From NCBI GenBank assembly GCA_047517485.1, contig JAKZSU010000011.1, positions 1 through 54,698 of the forward strand: a stretch of 54,698 nucleotides of DNA, given 5' to 3'. Positions 19,098 to 28,631 of this stretch are shown here, in pieces. This DNA is from Alphaproteobacteria bacterium. GTDB taxonomy: Bacteria; Pseudomonadota; Alphaproteobacteria; UBA7887. The number at the start of each line of letters is the position of its first letter. The first letter of the stretch is position 1. A program made the position numbers and the translations under genes. The notes beneath the pieces were generated by a model. That model had not been told where the DNA came from and searched no databases. It saw only the letters and a list, made by a program, of their open reading frames with translations.

Positions 19098-20161
19098 TGG
19101 AACCGAAGACGCCGTTCACCCGGTTTCTGCGCGAGATTTGGCCGCTACTGATACTCAGCGTCGGCTTGTTCCTCATCGTCGCCGGGTTTCAATCGTTCGA
19201 CGATTTGATCATCAAGCAGTCGGTGACCGAGGCGCTAATCCGCCTGGTGGTGGTGGTCGGGCTGTTCATCTTCATCGGCAACTCGGGACTGATTTCGTTC
19301 GGCCACATCGGTTTCATGATGATCGGCGCCTACGCCACCGCGTGGCTGACGATGTATCCGATGACCAAGGACATCTTCAGCCCCGGCCTGCCCGAGTATC
19401 TGCTGACCCATTCGCATCACTGGATCCCCTCGACGATTGCCGGCGGCCTGCTCGCCGCCGTGGTGGCGTTTATCTCCGGGCTCGCGCTGATGCGGCTTTC
19501 GGGGATCGCCGCGTCGATCGGCACCTTCGCGCTGTTTATGAGCTTCTATTCCTTCTATCTGCAATGGAGCACCTGGACCGCCGGGCAAAGCTCGCTGGTC
19601 GGTATCCCGGTGACGACGACGCCGTGGGTCGGGCTGATCTTCTCGCTGATCGCCATCGCCGCCGCCTTCCTCTACGCGCGCTCGCGGTTTGGCCTCGCGC
19701 TGCGCGCGTCGCGCGACGACGAAGTCGCGGCCAAGGCGGCGGGGGTGAGCGTGACCGGCGAACGCATTATCGCGTTCACCATCAGCGCCTTTTTCGTCGG
19801 CATGGCGGGCGGCCTCTACGGCCACTTCCTCGGTCTGTTGACCGTCGACACCTTCTATCTGCCGATGACCTTCATCACCTTGGCGATGCTGGTGGTCGGC
19901 GGCATGAACAGCCTGTCGGGCGCGGTGGTGGGCGTGGTGGTGATGTCGGCGTTGATCGAATTCCTGCGCCGCTGGGAAGCCGGCTTCGATCTCGCCGGGA
20001 TCACCTGGGACCTGCCGGCAAGCTCGGCCGAGGTCGGCATCGGCATCGCCATGCTGCTGATCCTGATCTTCCGCCCCAAGGGGCTGACCGGAAACGTCGA
20101 GATCTATTGGCCGTGGAAGCCGAAAACGGTGACCACCAACGTCACCAAGCGGCAGTCATAG
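19097..20161 (+). CDS. Branched-chain-type ABC permease (LivM-like)
   Basis: GLISFGH, LRASRDDEVAA, VVGGM, RPKG. Confidence 0.92.
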   Translation: MEPKTPFTRFLREIWPLLILSVGLFLIVAGFQSFDDLIIKQSVTEALIRLVVVVGLFIFIGNSGLISFGHIGFMMIGAYATAWLTMYPMTKDIFSPGLPEYLLTHSHHWIPSTIAGGLLAAVVAFISGLALMRLSGIAASIGTFALFMSFYSFYLQWSTWTAGQSSLVGIPVTTTPWVGLIFSLIAIAAAFLYARSRFGLALRASRDDEVAAKAAGVSVTGERIIAFTISAFFVGMAGGLYGHFLGLLTVDTFYLPMTFITLAMLVVGGMNSLSGAVVGVVVMSALIEFLRRWEAGFDLAGITWDLPASSAEVGIGIAMLLILIFRPKGLTGNVEIYWPWKPKTVTTNVTKRQS

Positions 20162-20171
20162 ACCACCTGCG

Positions 20172-22463
20172 CTACGCGGTCAGGCGGAAATAGAGCATCG
20201 GTAACTGCTCGGGCAGCCTTTCCAGCTTGTCGAACTGCATCACGTTGCGCCGGCCGAAGATGCGGCTGAGGTAACTATCGCCGCCGGAATCCAAGCCGAC
20301 GCAGAACACGTCGATGCCATCCTGCGCGAGACCATGGATGACCCGGCGGGCATCCTCGACCAGATAGGTTCGATCCTGCACGTCGATGTCGGACGGCTCG
20401 CCGTCGGTGATCACCAGAAGCAGCCGGCGATGGGTCTGTTGGCGCTTGAGATCCTGGGCGGCATGACGCATCGCCGCGCCGATACGGGTGGAATAGCCGC
20501 CGGTCAGGCCGGCGAGATACGACCGCGCGGTCTCGCCGTAGGGCTTGTCGAAATCCTTGATGCGATAATAGCGAACGTCGTCGCGCCGATTCGAACAAAA
20601 CGCCGCGATCGCGAACGGATCCCCCAGGCCCGCCATGGCGTGGGCGAGCAGGGCGGTGGCTTGGCGCTCCATATCGATAACCGTCTCGGAAGATCCGATG
20701 ATCTTGTCCTTGGTCGATTCCGAGACGTCGAGCAAGACCTGGACCGACAAGTCGCGATGGCGCCGTTCGAAACGGCCATAGATCCTTGTATCGGGGGTCT
20801 CGCCGATGCGCCGGCTGATCATCGCGCTGATCGAGGCATCGATATCGAGAAAATCGCCTTCCTGTTGGCCGCGTAGGCGTTGCGGCCGGCTTACTTTTGC
20901 CGAGGTGATCAGCGCCTTGATGCGATTCACCACATAGGCGTGGCGGTCCAGGATATCGTCGATCCGATGGGCCGGGCCTTGCGTCGGCGGGTACTCGACC
21001 ACGGTGCTCCACTCGGGTCGTTCGCGACCGCTGGCGTAATCATATTCGGGATAGCGGGCGACCGGGATGCCGTCCTGCTCGGCAAGGTCCACATTGACCC
21101 GCCTGGCGTCGTCCGCGTCGCTTTGTTGGTTTTCCTCGCGCTCGCGATCAGGCGGCGTCGGATCGTCGTCATCCTGTTCCTCGATGTGAACGGAATCGAA
21201 CAATTGTTCGGCGTCCATGACCTCTGGGGGAACATCGTCGCCAAAATCCCACAGCCCCAGATTATCGTCGCGATACGCCGGTTCGACGATATAGGCCCGG
21301 GCGTTGAACTGCACCCGCATCTGACCGATATCGTTGCCTAGAAGATTACCCACCTCACGGCTTATGCCAGGATCGTCCCAGCGATCCCGGCAGCTATGGA
21401 ACATGTCCCGACCCTTGCTGATCCAACCGTCGACATCGCTGAAATCAGCGTCGATCAACGCGTGCGACAGGCGCGCCAATAGGCTGGGCGCCGTCATCAG
21501 ACCGGTCGACTGGGCGATATGGAACGGCAGCCACAGCCGGCGAAGACCGGGGAACCGGTGCATGGCGAGCTGTTCGACCCGCGCGTCCTCGATCAGCGAC
21601 ACCAGTGCGACCTGGACCGGTTTGAGTTTGGCGATCGGGAATTGCGGCCCGCCAAAGGTCATATGGGCGCCAATATGGGCGAGTGCGGCGCGGTAAAGAT
21701 CTTTTGCCTGCTCACCGCGAAATCCCGGGTAGGCGGTGGGAATGCGGATGATCCCGGTCGAATACCCGGCGCGCCGGCGAATATAATCCGGCGCCGTCAC
21801 CGGCGGCTCGCGCAACGGCAGCCGGATGCCCCAAAGGGCATTGAGAAAGGCCTTCAGCTCGACCGCCAAATCGGCGTAGACGACTTCGTTCGACTCGCGT
21901 TCCAGCCAAACCTCGGCCTCCGGATCGGCAAACGAGAAGTACTCCAGCCGCCGTTCCTTATCGGTTCCCGACAGACGGACGCCGGCCATGATCCAAGCTT
22001 CCAGGCGCGACACGTTGAGTTTCGCCAACAGGGCATCCATCTGGGCCAGAACCGGCGGTACCGATTCCGGTGCCAGATCGGCGAACCGTTCCATCAACCC
22101 GAGCCAGGACCCGAAGCGGCTGGCGTCGCCGTCAAGGCGTCGCGCGGCGACAACCGCGGCGGCGGGCAAATGTTCCGCCGCCCCGACCCCGGCCTTGATG
22201 GCAAAAGAGGAGACGATGTCGGCTAAGGAAAATGCCCGCTCGGGACCCACCAAGCGCGCCACTTCGGGGGAATAGCGGATAAAGGACTGCACCACGGCCG
22301 AACCGTACCCCGCCTGATCGAGCTTGCGGCAAGCCCGCAGCCAGGGCGCGCCGAGGGGTTCGGGAAAATGGCGCAGGGCCGCGCCAGTCAATTGGCTGTC
22401 GCCGTCCAGCGCATCACCCGGGGCGACGATTTTGAGAAAGTCCTTCGATTCCTTGTCGGCCAT
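20172..22463 (-). CDS. CbbO/NorD-like vWA-domain adaptor protein
   Basis: SLIEDARVE, YRDDN, RYPEYDY, MIDAS LLDVSES...T...TDGEP, YLVEDAR. Start at MADKES; the track extension to 22679 runs through a MITE. Confidence 0.88.
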   Translation of the reverse strand: MADKESKDFLKIVAPGDALDGDSQLTGAALRHFPEPLGAPWLRACRKLDQAGYGSAVVQSFIRYSPEVARLVGPERAFSLADIVSSFAIKAGVGAAEHLPAAAVVAARRLDGDASRFGSWLGLMERFADLAPESVPPVLAQMDALLAKLNVSRLEAWIMAGVRLSGTDKERRLEYFSFADPEAEVWLERESNEVVYADLAVELKAFLNALWGIRLPLREPPVTAPDYIRRRAGYSTGIIRIPTAYPGFRGEQAKDLYRAALAHIGAHMTFGGPQFPIAKLKPVQVALVSLIEDARVEQLAMHRFPGLRRLWLPFHIAQSTGLMTAPSLLARLSHALIDADFSDVDGWISKGRDMFHSCRDRWDDPGISREVGNLLGNDIGQMRVQFNARAYIVEPAYRDDNLGLWDFGDDVPPEVMDAEQLFDSVHIEEQDDDDPTPPDREREENQQSDADDARRVNVDLAEQDGIPVARYPEYDYASGRERPEWSTVVEYPPTQGPAHRIDDILDRHAYVVNRIKALITSAKVSRPQRLRGQQEGDFLDIDASISAMISRRIGETPDTRIYGRFERRHRDLSVQVLLDVSESTKDKIIGSSETVIDMERQATALLAHAMAGLGDPFAIAAFCSNRRDDVRYYRIKDFDKPYGETARSYLAGLTGGYSTRIGAAMRHAAQDLKRQQTHRRLLLVITDGEPSDIDVQDRTYLVEDARRVIHGLAQDGIDVFCVGLDSGGDSYLSRIFGRRNVMQFDKLERLPEQLPMLYFRLTA

Positions 22464-22471
22464 CGGCTCTA

Positions 22472-22733
22472 GAGCACGTCTTGCCTTGATGGAATCGGAT
22501 TGACCGCGTTCCCGCATCCCGTGGCTAGGCGCGCGGCGCCGCACGATGTGGGTGGGCACGCTAAGCCGCGCAACAACGCCACGGGATGCGGGATCGCGGC
22601 CTTCGGTGGGGAATATTGGCTTTTCGTGGGCGTTGCGACCGTCGGCCGATGCGCCGCATCGCCCGTCGCGCCGCGCCACCTCGAAAAGCCAATTTGTCCC
22701 ATCAAACCGTTCCCATCAAGGTAACACGTGCTC
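22472..22733. mobile_element. MITE-like palindromic element, 262 bp
   Basis: 32-bp terminal inverted repeats (22472-22503 vs 22702-22733; 27/32 by manual alignment) enclosing two internal hairpin arms (22504-22599, 22615-22693). Confidence 0.8.
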
Positions 22734-22738
22734 CGGCG

Positions 22739-23548
22739 TCAGGCGCAGGCGGCGATCGCCGAGCCGAGGGCCCGGCGGATGTCGGGGTCGTCGGTGATCG
22801 GCAACACCAAGCCGATCTCGCACGCCTCGCCCAGCGGGATACCGCGTCCCACCAATTGGCCGACATGGATCAGCATGCGGGTCGAGGCGCCTTCATCGAG
22901 TCCGTGTCCCTTGAGATTGCGCGACCGCTCGGCGATCGAGACCAGTTTGGCGGCCAGGGGTTTTTCGACGCCCGCTTCGTGGGCGATAATCTCGGCCTCG
23001 AGGTCAGCCGCCGGATATCCGAAATCGATGGCGCCGAACCGTTGCTTGGTCGACTCCTTCAAGTCCTTGAGGACGCTCTGATATCCCGGGTTATAGGAAA
23101 TCACGAGCTGAAAATCCGGGTGCGCCTTCAAGACTTCGTTCTTCTTTTCCAGCGGCAATATTCTGCGATCATCGGTCAGCGAGTGAATGACCACCGTGGT
23201 ATCCTGTCTCGCTTCGACGATTTCATCGAGATAGCAGATCGCGCCGTGGCGCACCGCCAAGGTCAGCGGACCGTCGTGCCAGACCGTGCCGTCGGCATCG
23301 AGCAGGTAACGGCCCACCAGATCGGACGCAGTCATGTCCTCGTGGCACGACACGGTGATCAGCGGTCGTTCGAGACGCCACGCCATATGCTCGACGAACC
23401 GGGTCTTTCCGCAGCCGGTGGGTCCCTTGAGCATGAGCGGCATGCGGTCTTGATAGGCCGCCTCATAATGCGTTGTTTCGTTACCGATCGGGCGATAATA
23501 GGGCTCGTCGGCAATCAAATAGTCTTTTAACGGCATCACGCGAATCAC
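22739..23548 (-). CDS. cbbQ: CbbQ/NirQ/NorQ family AAA+ ATPase (MoxR group)
   Basis: EPYY, Walker [23 protein letters not shown], Walker [21 protein letters not shown]. Start may be 23536. Confidence 0.9.
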   Translation of the reverse strand: MIRVMPLKDYLIADEPYYRPIGNETTHYEAAYQDRMPLMLKGPTGCGKTRFVEHMAWRLERPLITVSCHEDMTASDLVGRYLLDADGTVWHDGPLTLAVRHGAICYLDEIVEARQDTTVVIHSLTDDRRILPLEKKNEVLKAHPDFQLVISYNPGYQSVLKDLKESTKQRFGAIDFGYPAADLEAEIIAHEAGVEKPLAAKLVSIAERSRNLKGHGLDEGASTRMLIHVGQLVGRGIPLGEACEIGLVLPITDDPDIRRALGSAIAACA

Positions 23549-23616
23549 GATCCTGGTATGGACGCGGAGAAAGAAGCTTATCGCCCTAGCGATCCGAGGA
23601 CCACGGGATTGATTGC

Positions 23617-23666
23617 CGACGGCGCCGGGGAAGCCGGGACAATGGCCCTGCCTCCCCGCGCCGTCG
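23617..23666. terminator. GC-rich stem-loop between amiE and cbbQ
   Basis: CGACGGCG-C-CGGGGA...TCCCCG-CGCCGTCG; no clear U-tract, so read-through into cbbQ is plausible. Confidence 0.55.
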
Positions 23667-23674
23667 CCGTAAGT

Positions 23675-24715
23675 TTATCGATGGGTACCGGTTTTTTCGT
23701 TCGGAATGCCATCCATTTCGCATTCCTCGGTGCCCACCGTACTGCGGGTGATCCCCTCGACCATCTCGCGAGTGCCATCGGGATCGGTGATCCACTTCTT
23801 GTAGAAGTCGAACGGGCATTCGGCGACGCCCTGATCGCCTTCGCCGGAATTGATCAGGCCGGTGTAGCCGCGATGCAGAAGCTTGAACAAATGGTTCTCG
23901 GATTGTCCGTTCTTGCGGGCGTCGCGGATCGCCGACGTCGAAAGCTGGGCGTATTGGATGCCCATCTCTTCCTCGGCACAGGCGCCCAGGGTTCGACCGT
24001 CGAAGCCGATGATGGAGGAATATCCGAAATACGAATAGACACCGTCAAACCCGGTCGCATTGGCCACCGCGACATAGACGTTGTTCGACCAAGCCATGGC
24101 CTTCGCCATCGTCACTTGTTGTTCCTTAGCCGGGTACATATAGCCCTGGCAGCGGATAATCAGCTCGGCGCCCTTCATCGCGCAGTCGCGCCAGATCTCC
24201 GGATAGTTTCCGTCATCACAAATGATCAGGCTGATCTTCAAGCCCTTGGGACCATCGCTGACGTAGGTGCAATTGCCGGGATACCAGCCCTCGATCGGCA
24301 CCCACGGCATGATCTTGCGATACTTCTGCACGATCTCGCCTTGATCGTTCATCAGTATGAGGGTGTTGTAGGGCGCCTTGTTGGGATGTTCCTCGTGACG
24401 TTCGCCGGTCAGCGAAAAAACGCACCAGACCTTGGCTTTGCGGCAGGCTTCGGCGAAAACTTCGGTTTCCGCGCCGGGGCATTCCGACGCGGTCTCGTAC
24501 ATTTCCTTTTCGTCGTACATGATCCCGTGGGTGCTGTATTCGGGAAAGATCACCAGATCCATTCCGGGAAGGCCAACCTTCATCCCTTCCATCATCTCGA
24601 CAATCTTTCGGCAATTGTCGAGAACGTCTTCCTTGGTGTGCAGCCGCGGCATCTTATAATTGACGACCGCTACGCCAACAGTGTCTTTACTGCTGGAAAT
24701 ATCGCCGTGATACAT
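23675..24715 (-). CDS. amiE: Aliphatic amidase (nitrilase superfamily)
   Basis: N-terminus [24 protein letters not shown]; catalytic E (FPEYS), K (YRKI) and C ([13 protein letters not shown]); GGAGG RBS. Confidence 0.96.
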   Translation of the reverse strand: MYHGDISSSKDTVGVAVVNYKMPRLHTKEDVLDNCRKIVEMMEGMKVGLPGMDLVIFPEYSTHGIMYDEKEMYETASECPGAETEVFAEACRKAKVWCVFSLTGERHEEHPNKAPYNTLILMNDQGEIVQKYRKIMPWVPIEGWYPGNCTYVSDGPKGLKISLIICDDGNYPEIWRDCAMKGAELIIRCQGYMYPAKEQQVTMAKAMAWSNNVYVAVANATGFDGVYSYFGYSSIIGFDGRTLGACAEEEMGIQYAQLSTSAIRDARKNGQSENHLFKLLHRGYTGLINSGEGDQGVAECPFDFYKKWITDPDGTREMVEGITRSTVGTEECEMDGIPNEKTGTHR

Positions 24716-25362
24716 GGTTGCCTCCGTTATTCATATGATGCTTGGGGTTCATTTTCTCGTTCATCCAAACCGCCGTGGGCGGACCAACGAGTTCGTCTGT
24801 TGAATCACCGTCCTAGCCATTCGCCGCTATCGGGTGATCGAAATGCGGCGCGATCAGTGATCCCGCCGCTATCAAAGCCCTTCTCCATTGCGGTCGACGC
24901 GCCACGCAAACGCGTGCCGCCGGTAACCGCCAGAAAATCGAAAAGTGAAACTAAAGACGCCCACTCGCTGCGGCTGAGCCGCATTTGATGGCTTGGACAC
25001 TCGCTTAACTCCGGTCAACGGGCAAGAAGTGTCGGCGCTGACGCCCTACCCCATCAAAATTTTCATAGCAAATCTTGAATCGTGTGCCGTTAATTTAAGA
25101 TCACAAAGCGGATCGTGTCAATTTCGAAGTCGCGCGCGCACTCGACGCTCTCCTCGCATCGCTCATGCCATGATGACGCCTCGGACGGCGCGGCGCTGTC
25201 GGGCCAGCGGTACCGAACCTGGCACATTTTCAATTTCGTACAACCCATGGATATCATGATATAGTTTATGAAATTGGGGGATGCACGCCTTTGTAAGAAG
25301 TCGGGAAAACGAGAAAACGCGGGCGCGCGGATACAAGCTAGGTAGTGCAGAGAGAGACTGTC

Positions 25363-26484
25363 ATGGCGAGGGAACTCCAGGGAAGCGAGCCTTGGCGCGT
25401 TGGGGCGCTGTGGTCCCAGACCGGCGTGACCGCTGTCATTGAGGAGAGTCAACTTAAGGGCACGCTGCTGGCGATCGGAGAGATCAACGAAGCCGGCGGA
25501 ATCAACGGCCGCGAACTGGTGCCGGTGATTTACGATCCACTGTCGGAGCCGACAAATTTTGCCCGTTTGGCGGACCGCCTGCTGACCGAGGACGACGTTA
25601 CCACAATTTTCGGTTGCTACACGTCGAGCAGCCGCAAGGCGGTGCTGCTGGTGGTTGAGCGCCGCAATGGCCTGCTGTGGTACCCGACCCTGTACGAGGG
25701 CTTCGAGTATTCCCCGAACGTCATCTACACCGGCGCGGCGCCGAACCAGAACAGCATCAAACTGGCCGAATACATGATGGAGCTTTACGGCCCGCGTTTC
25801 TTCTTCGTCGGCTCCGATTACATTTATCCGCGCGAATCCAACCGCATCATGCGCGAGCTTCTGGACGCGCGCGGTGGGACCGTGGTGGGCGAGCGTTATC
25901 TCGATCTTCTCGCTGGACCGGAAGATTTCCGACCGGTCATGCGCGACATAGACCAGACCCGACCGGACGTCGTCTTCTCGACCGTGGTCGGCCAGGCGAC
26001 CGCCCATCTTTACCAATGTTATGCCGATGCGGGGCTCGACCCCAAGGTGACGCCGATCGCCAGCTTGACCACCACAGAAGCGGAAATTGGACTAATGGGC
26101 GCCGATGTCGGCGAGGGGCACATCACCGCCGCCGCCTATTTCGAAGGTGTGGAAACCGAAGCCAACAGCGCGTTTGTCTCCAAATATAAGAAAAGATTCG
26201 GCCCCGGCGAGGCCACCAACATGTGCGTCGAGGCGGCGTATTTCCAAGTCCACATATTCGCCAAGGCCTTGGCCGCGACCAACACGATGGATACCGACAT
26301 TCTCCGGCCGATGGTGCTGGGCAGCGAGTTCAACGCCCCCCAGGGCCGCATCAGTATCGACGGCTCCAATAGCCATACCGATCTATGGACCAGGGTCGGC
26401 AAAGCGAACCGGCGCGGACACTTCGATATCGTCAGCGAGTCGCAAATGGCGGTGAAGTCGGATCCCTACCTGATTAGTCTTTGA
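25363..26484 (+). CDS. amiC: AmiC-like cytoplasmic amide sensor / negative regulator (PBP fold)
   Basis: VGALWSQTGVT, GCYTSSSRK, YPTLYEGFEYS, APNQNS, GSDYIYPRESN; no signal peptide; adjacent to amiR. Confidence 0.88.
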   Translation: MARELQGSEPWRVGALWSQTGVTAVIEESQLKGTLLAIGEINEAGGINGRELVPVIYDPLSEPTNFARLADRLLTEDDVTTIFGCYTSSSRKAVLLVVERRNGLLWYPTLYEGFEYSPNVIYTGAAPNQNSIKLAEYMMELYGPRFFFVGSDYIYPRESNRIMRELLDARGGTVVGERYLDLLAGPEDFRPVMRDIDQTRPDVVFSTVVGQATAHLYQCYADAGLDPKVTPIASLTTTEAEIGLMGADVGEGHITAAAYFEGVETEANSAFVSKYKKRFGPGEATNMCVEAAYFQVHIFAKALAATNTMDTDILRPMVLGSEFNAPQGRISIDGSNSHTDLWTRVGKANRRGHFDIVSESQMAVKSDPYLISL

Positions 26485-26500
26485 GGGAGATCGAGCGAAA

Positions 26501-27076
26501 ATGCCTTCTCTGGAAAGTTTGCGGCAGCTTCGCGTTTTGGTCGTCCATCCGGCCGATCGCGACGGCGACGGCATCATTCGTCATCTCCAAGGTATCGGTT
26601 GCCGGGTCGAGGGGATGTGGCCGCCCCCAGCCCGGTTGCCCGACAGTCTCGATGTCGTGTTCTACTTGATCGACGACCAGACCCGGCGCTCGCTCCCCTG
26701 GTTCGCCGACCTGCCGCCCGCCGCCATCGTCGCTATCGTAGACCATGGCACGGCCGACGTGCTTGGCCTGCTTTCGGACTGTAGTCCCCAAGCGGTGGTG
26801 AGCAAGCCCGCCGACTCCTTCGCGATTTTGTCCAGCTTGATCTTGGCCCGGCGCATTTATCGCTACGAGGATCGGTTGCAAAACAAACTCAGAAAGCTCG
26901 AAGAAACCATCCGCTCGATACGCACCGTGGAAAAGGCGAAGTCGATCCTCATGAAAAGCAAAAACATCGCGGAAAAGGAAGCATACGAGCAAATTCGAAC
27001 CCACGCGATGAACCGGAGATTGCCCATAGGCAAGGTTGCGTCTACGATTATTGATGCAAGCGATTTAATAGTTTAG
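26501..27076 (+). CDS. amiR: AmiR-like ANTAR-domain antitermination regulator
   Basis: Pseudo-receiver N-terminus (LR.LRVLVVHP..DG), coiled coil, ANTAR VEKAKSILM...E.EAY..IR..AMN.R. Confidence 0.9.
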   Translation: MPSLESLRQLRVLVVHPADRDGDGIIRHLQGIGCRVEGMWPPPARLPDSLDVVFYLIDDQTRRSLPWFADLPPAAIVAIVDHGTADVLGLLSDCSPQAVVSKPADSFAILSSLILARRIYRYEDRLQNKLRKLEETIRSIRTVEKAKSILMKSKNIAEKEAYEQIRTHAMNRRLPIGKVASTIIDASDLIV

Positions 27077-27146
27077 TGTTTTTTGTAAAGAACCAAGTGA
27101 TGTACCCACTTTTGTCCTGGTTACGCGCCGGGACAGACCCTATAGG

Positions 27147-27213
27147 CGGCAGCGGCGCCGTTAATTGGAACGGGCAAGGAAGCCCTACGTGTTGACGAAG
27201 CGTGGGGCTTTTC
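27147..27213 (+). promoter_or_regulatory. ANTAR-binding dual-hairpin leader with overlapping intrinsic terminator
   Basis: P1 CGGC-AGCGGC-GCCG (27147-60), 11-nt linker, P2 GGGC-AAGGAA-GCCC (27172-85); both hexaloops have A1/G4. P2 overlaps terminator AAGCCCTACG...CGTGGGGCTT-TTC (27180-27213). Confidence 0.85.
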
Positions 27214-27278
27214 GTGTGCGCTCCGTCTAAAACCAGTCGTTGTAATCAAAAAAAGCCAAGCTGAGGGAGGACGTTGTC

Positions 27279-28550
27279 ATGAAAATCGAAAGACGGTCGT
27301 TTCTGAAGGGCACTGCCGCGGTCGGCGCCGGTGCGGCGGCCTTGTCGGTTACCAAGGCTCCTTACGGGTTTATACGCAATGCCGCCTTTGCGGCCACCGA
27401 TACGGTTGAGGTCGGGGTCCTGTTTTCGCTGACCGGCGGCCTGTCGATCATCGAGAAATCGCTTGCCGACGCGACGCTCATGGCGATCGCCGAAATCAAT
27501 GACGCTGGCGGCGTGCTGGGCAAGCAAATCGTACCGATCCTCGAAGACGGCGCCAGCGACGCCAAGACCTACAACGAAAAAGCCAACAAGCTGGTCATTC
27601 AGGACCGGGTTCCGACGGTGTTCGGGTCCTACACATCGGCCAGTCGCAAAGCCGTGCTGCCGGTTTTCGAGAAGCGCAAGAACCTCTACTTCTATCCGAC
27701 CTATTATGAAGGCTTCGAGTGCTCGAAGAACGTCGTCTACACCGGCGCGGTTCCCAACCAGCAGCTCAGCAATTACATCCCTTGGATTATCAAGAACTTG
27801 AACAAGAAGAAGTTCTTCATCGTCGGGTCGAACTACATCTACCCGCGCGAGATGGCCAAGGTCTGCAAAATCCTGGTCGAACAAGCCGGTGCCGAGTGGA
27901 TCGCCGACGAATATCTCGAACTCGGGCATTCCGAGTGGGGCGCGATGGTCAAGAAGATCAAGGACAGCGGCTGCGACGCGGTTTTGTCCAACGTGGTTGG
28001 CGACTCGGTTGTCGCGTTCTACCGCGAGTTCGGCAACCAGGGCCTCAAACACGACCAACTGCCGATCTGCGCGACGGTGACGTCGGAGATCGAGATCGCC
28101 GCAATGGGCGCGGAATACGCGGCGGGCAGCTTTACCTCGTTCCCGTATTTCCAAGCCATCGATACCGACGCCAACAATTCGTTCATCGAACGCTATCGCA
28201 AGTACGTCAACGATTCCAACGCGGTGACCCATCACGCGCTGGAAAGTTCGTATTTCCAAGTCTTCCTGTGGGCGCAGGCGCTCGAGAAGGCCGGCGAGGA
28301 GACCCCGGCGGCGATCCGCGAGGGTGTGAAGGGGCAAGAATTCGACGCCCCCAACGGCCACGTCAAAATCGACGCGGAAAACCTCCATGCCTGGCTTACG
28401 CCGCGCATCGCGCAATGGGATTCGAATGGCCAGGGCGTGATCATCGACGAATACCCGGCGCCGATCATGCCGCTACCATACGTCGCCTACGGCGAAACCG
28501 AATCCGATCTGTTCTGTAAGGAAGGCGGACTCGACACCAGTAAGCTCTAG
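27279..28550 (+). CDS. urtA: Urea/short-amide ABC transporter substrate-binding protein (UrtA/FmdD-like), Tat-exported
   Basis: Twin-arginine RRSFLK; VGVLFSLTG, EDGASD, TSASRKAVLP, YEGFECS, GSNYIYPR. Confidence 0.88.
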   Translation: MKIERRSFLKGTAAVGAGAAALSVTKAPYGFIRNAAFAATDTVEVGVLFSLTGGLSIIEKSLADATLMAIAEINDAGGVLGKQIVPILEDGASDAKTYNEKANKLVIQDRVPTVFGSYTSASRKAVLPVFEKRKNLYFYPTYYEGFECSKNVVYTGAVPNQQLSNYIPWIIKNLNKKKFFIVGSNYIYPREMAKVCKILVEQAGAEWIADEYLELGHSEWGAMVKKIKDSGCDAVLSNVVGDSVVAFYREFGNQGLKHDQLPICATVTSEIEIAAMGAEYAAGSFTSFPYFQAIDTDANNSFIERYRKYVNDSNAVTHHALESSYFQVFLWAQALEKAGEETPAAIREGVKGQEFDAPNGHVKIDAENLHAWLTPRIAQWDSNGQGVIIDEYPAPIMPLPYVAYGETESDLFCKEGGLDTSKL

Positions 28551-28560
28551 CCAATAAAGT

Positions 28561-28597
28561 GCCTCCGGCCGGGGAGTAAGCTCCTTGGCCGGAGCGC
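28561..28597 (+). terminator. Stem-loop after urtA
   Basis: CTCCGGCCGGGGAG-TAAG-CTCCTTGGCCGGAG. Confidence 0.6.
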
Positions 28598-28631
28598 CTA
28601 AGAAAACGAATAGGGCAAGGCTGGGTTCACC

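Noticed and set aside
20172-23548. Interpreting cbbQ/cbbO as evidence of carbon fixation or denitrification
   Set aside because: No Rubisco, phosphoribulokinase, nor or nir genes in the window.
23558-24988. 476-aa + strand ORF
   Set aside because: Antisense to amiE, no recognisable domain.
25219-25236. Sigma-54 promoter candidate TGGCAC upstream of amiC (similar ones near 54556 and 54631)
   Set aside because: No GC at the required -12 spacing.
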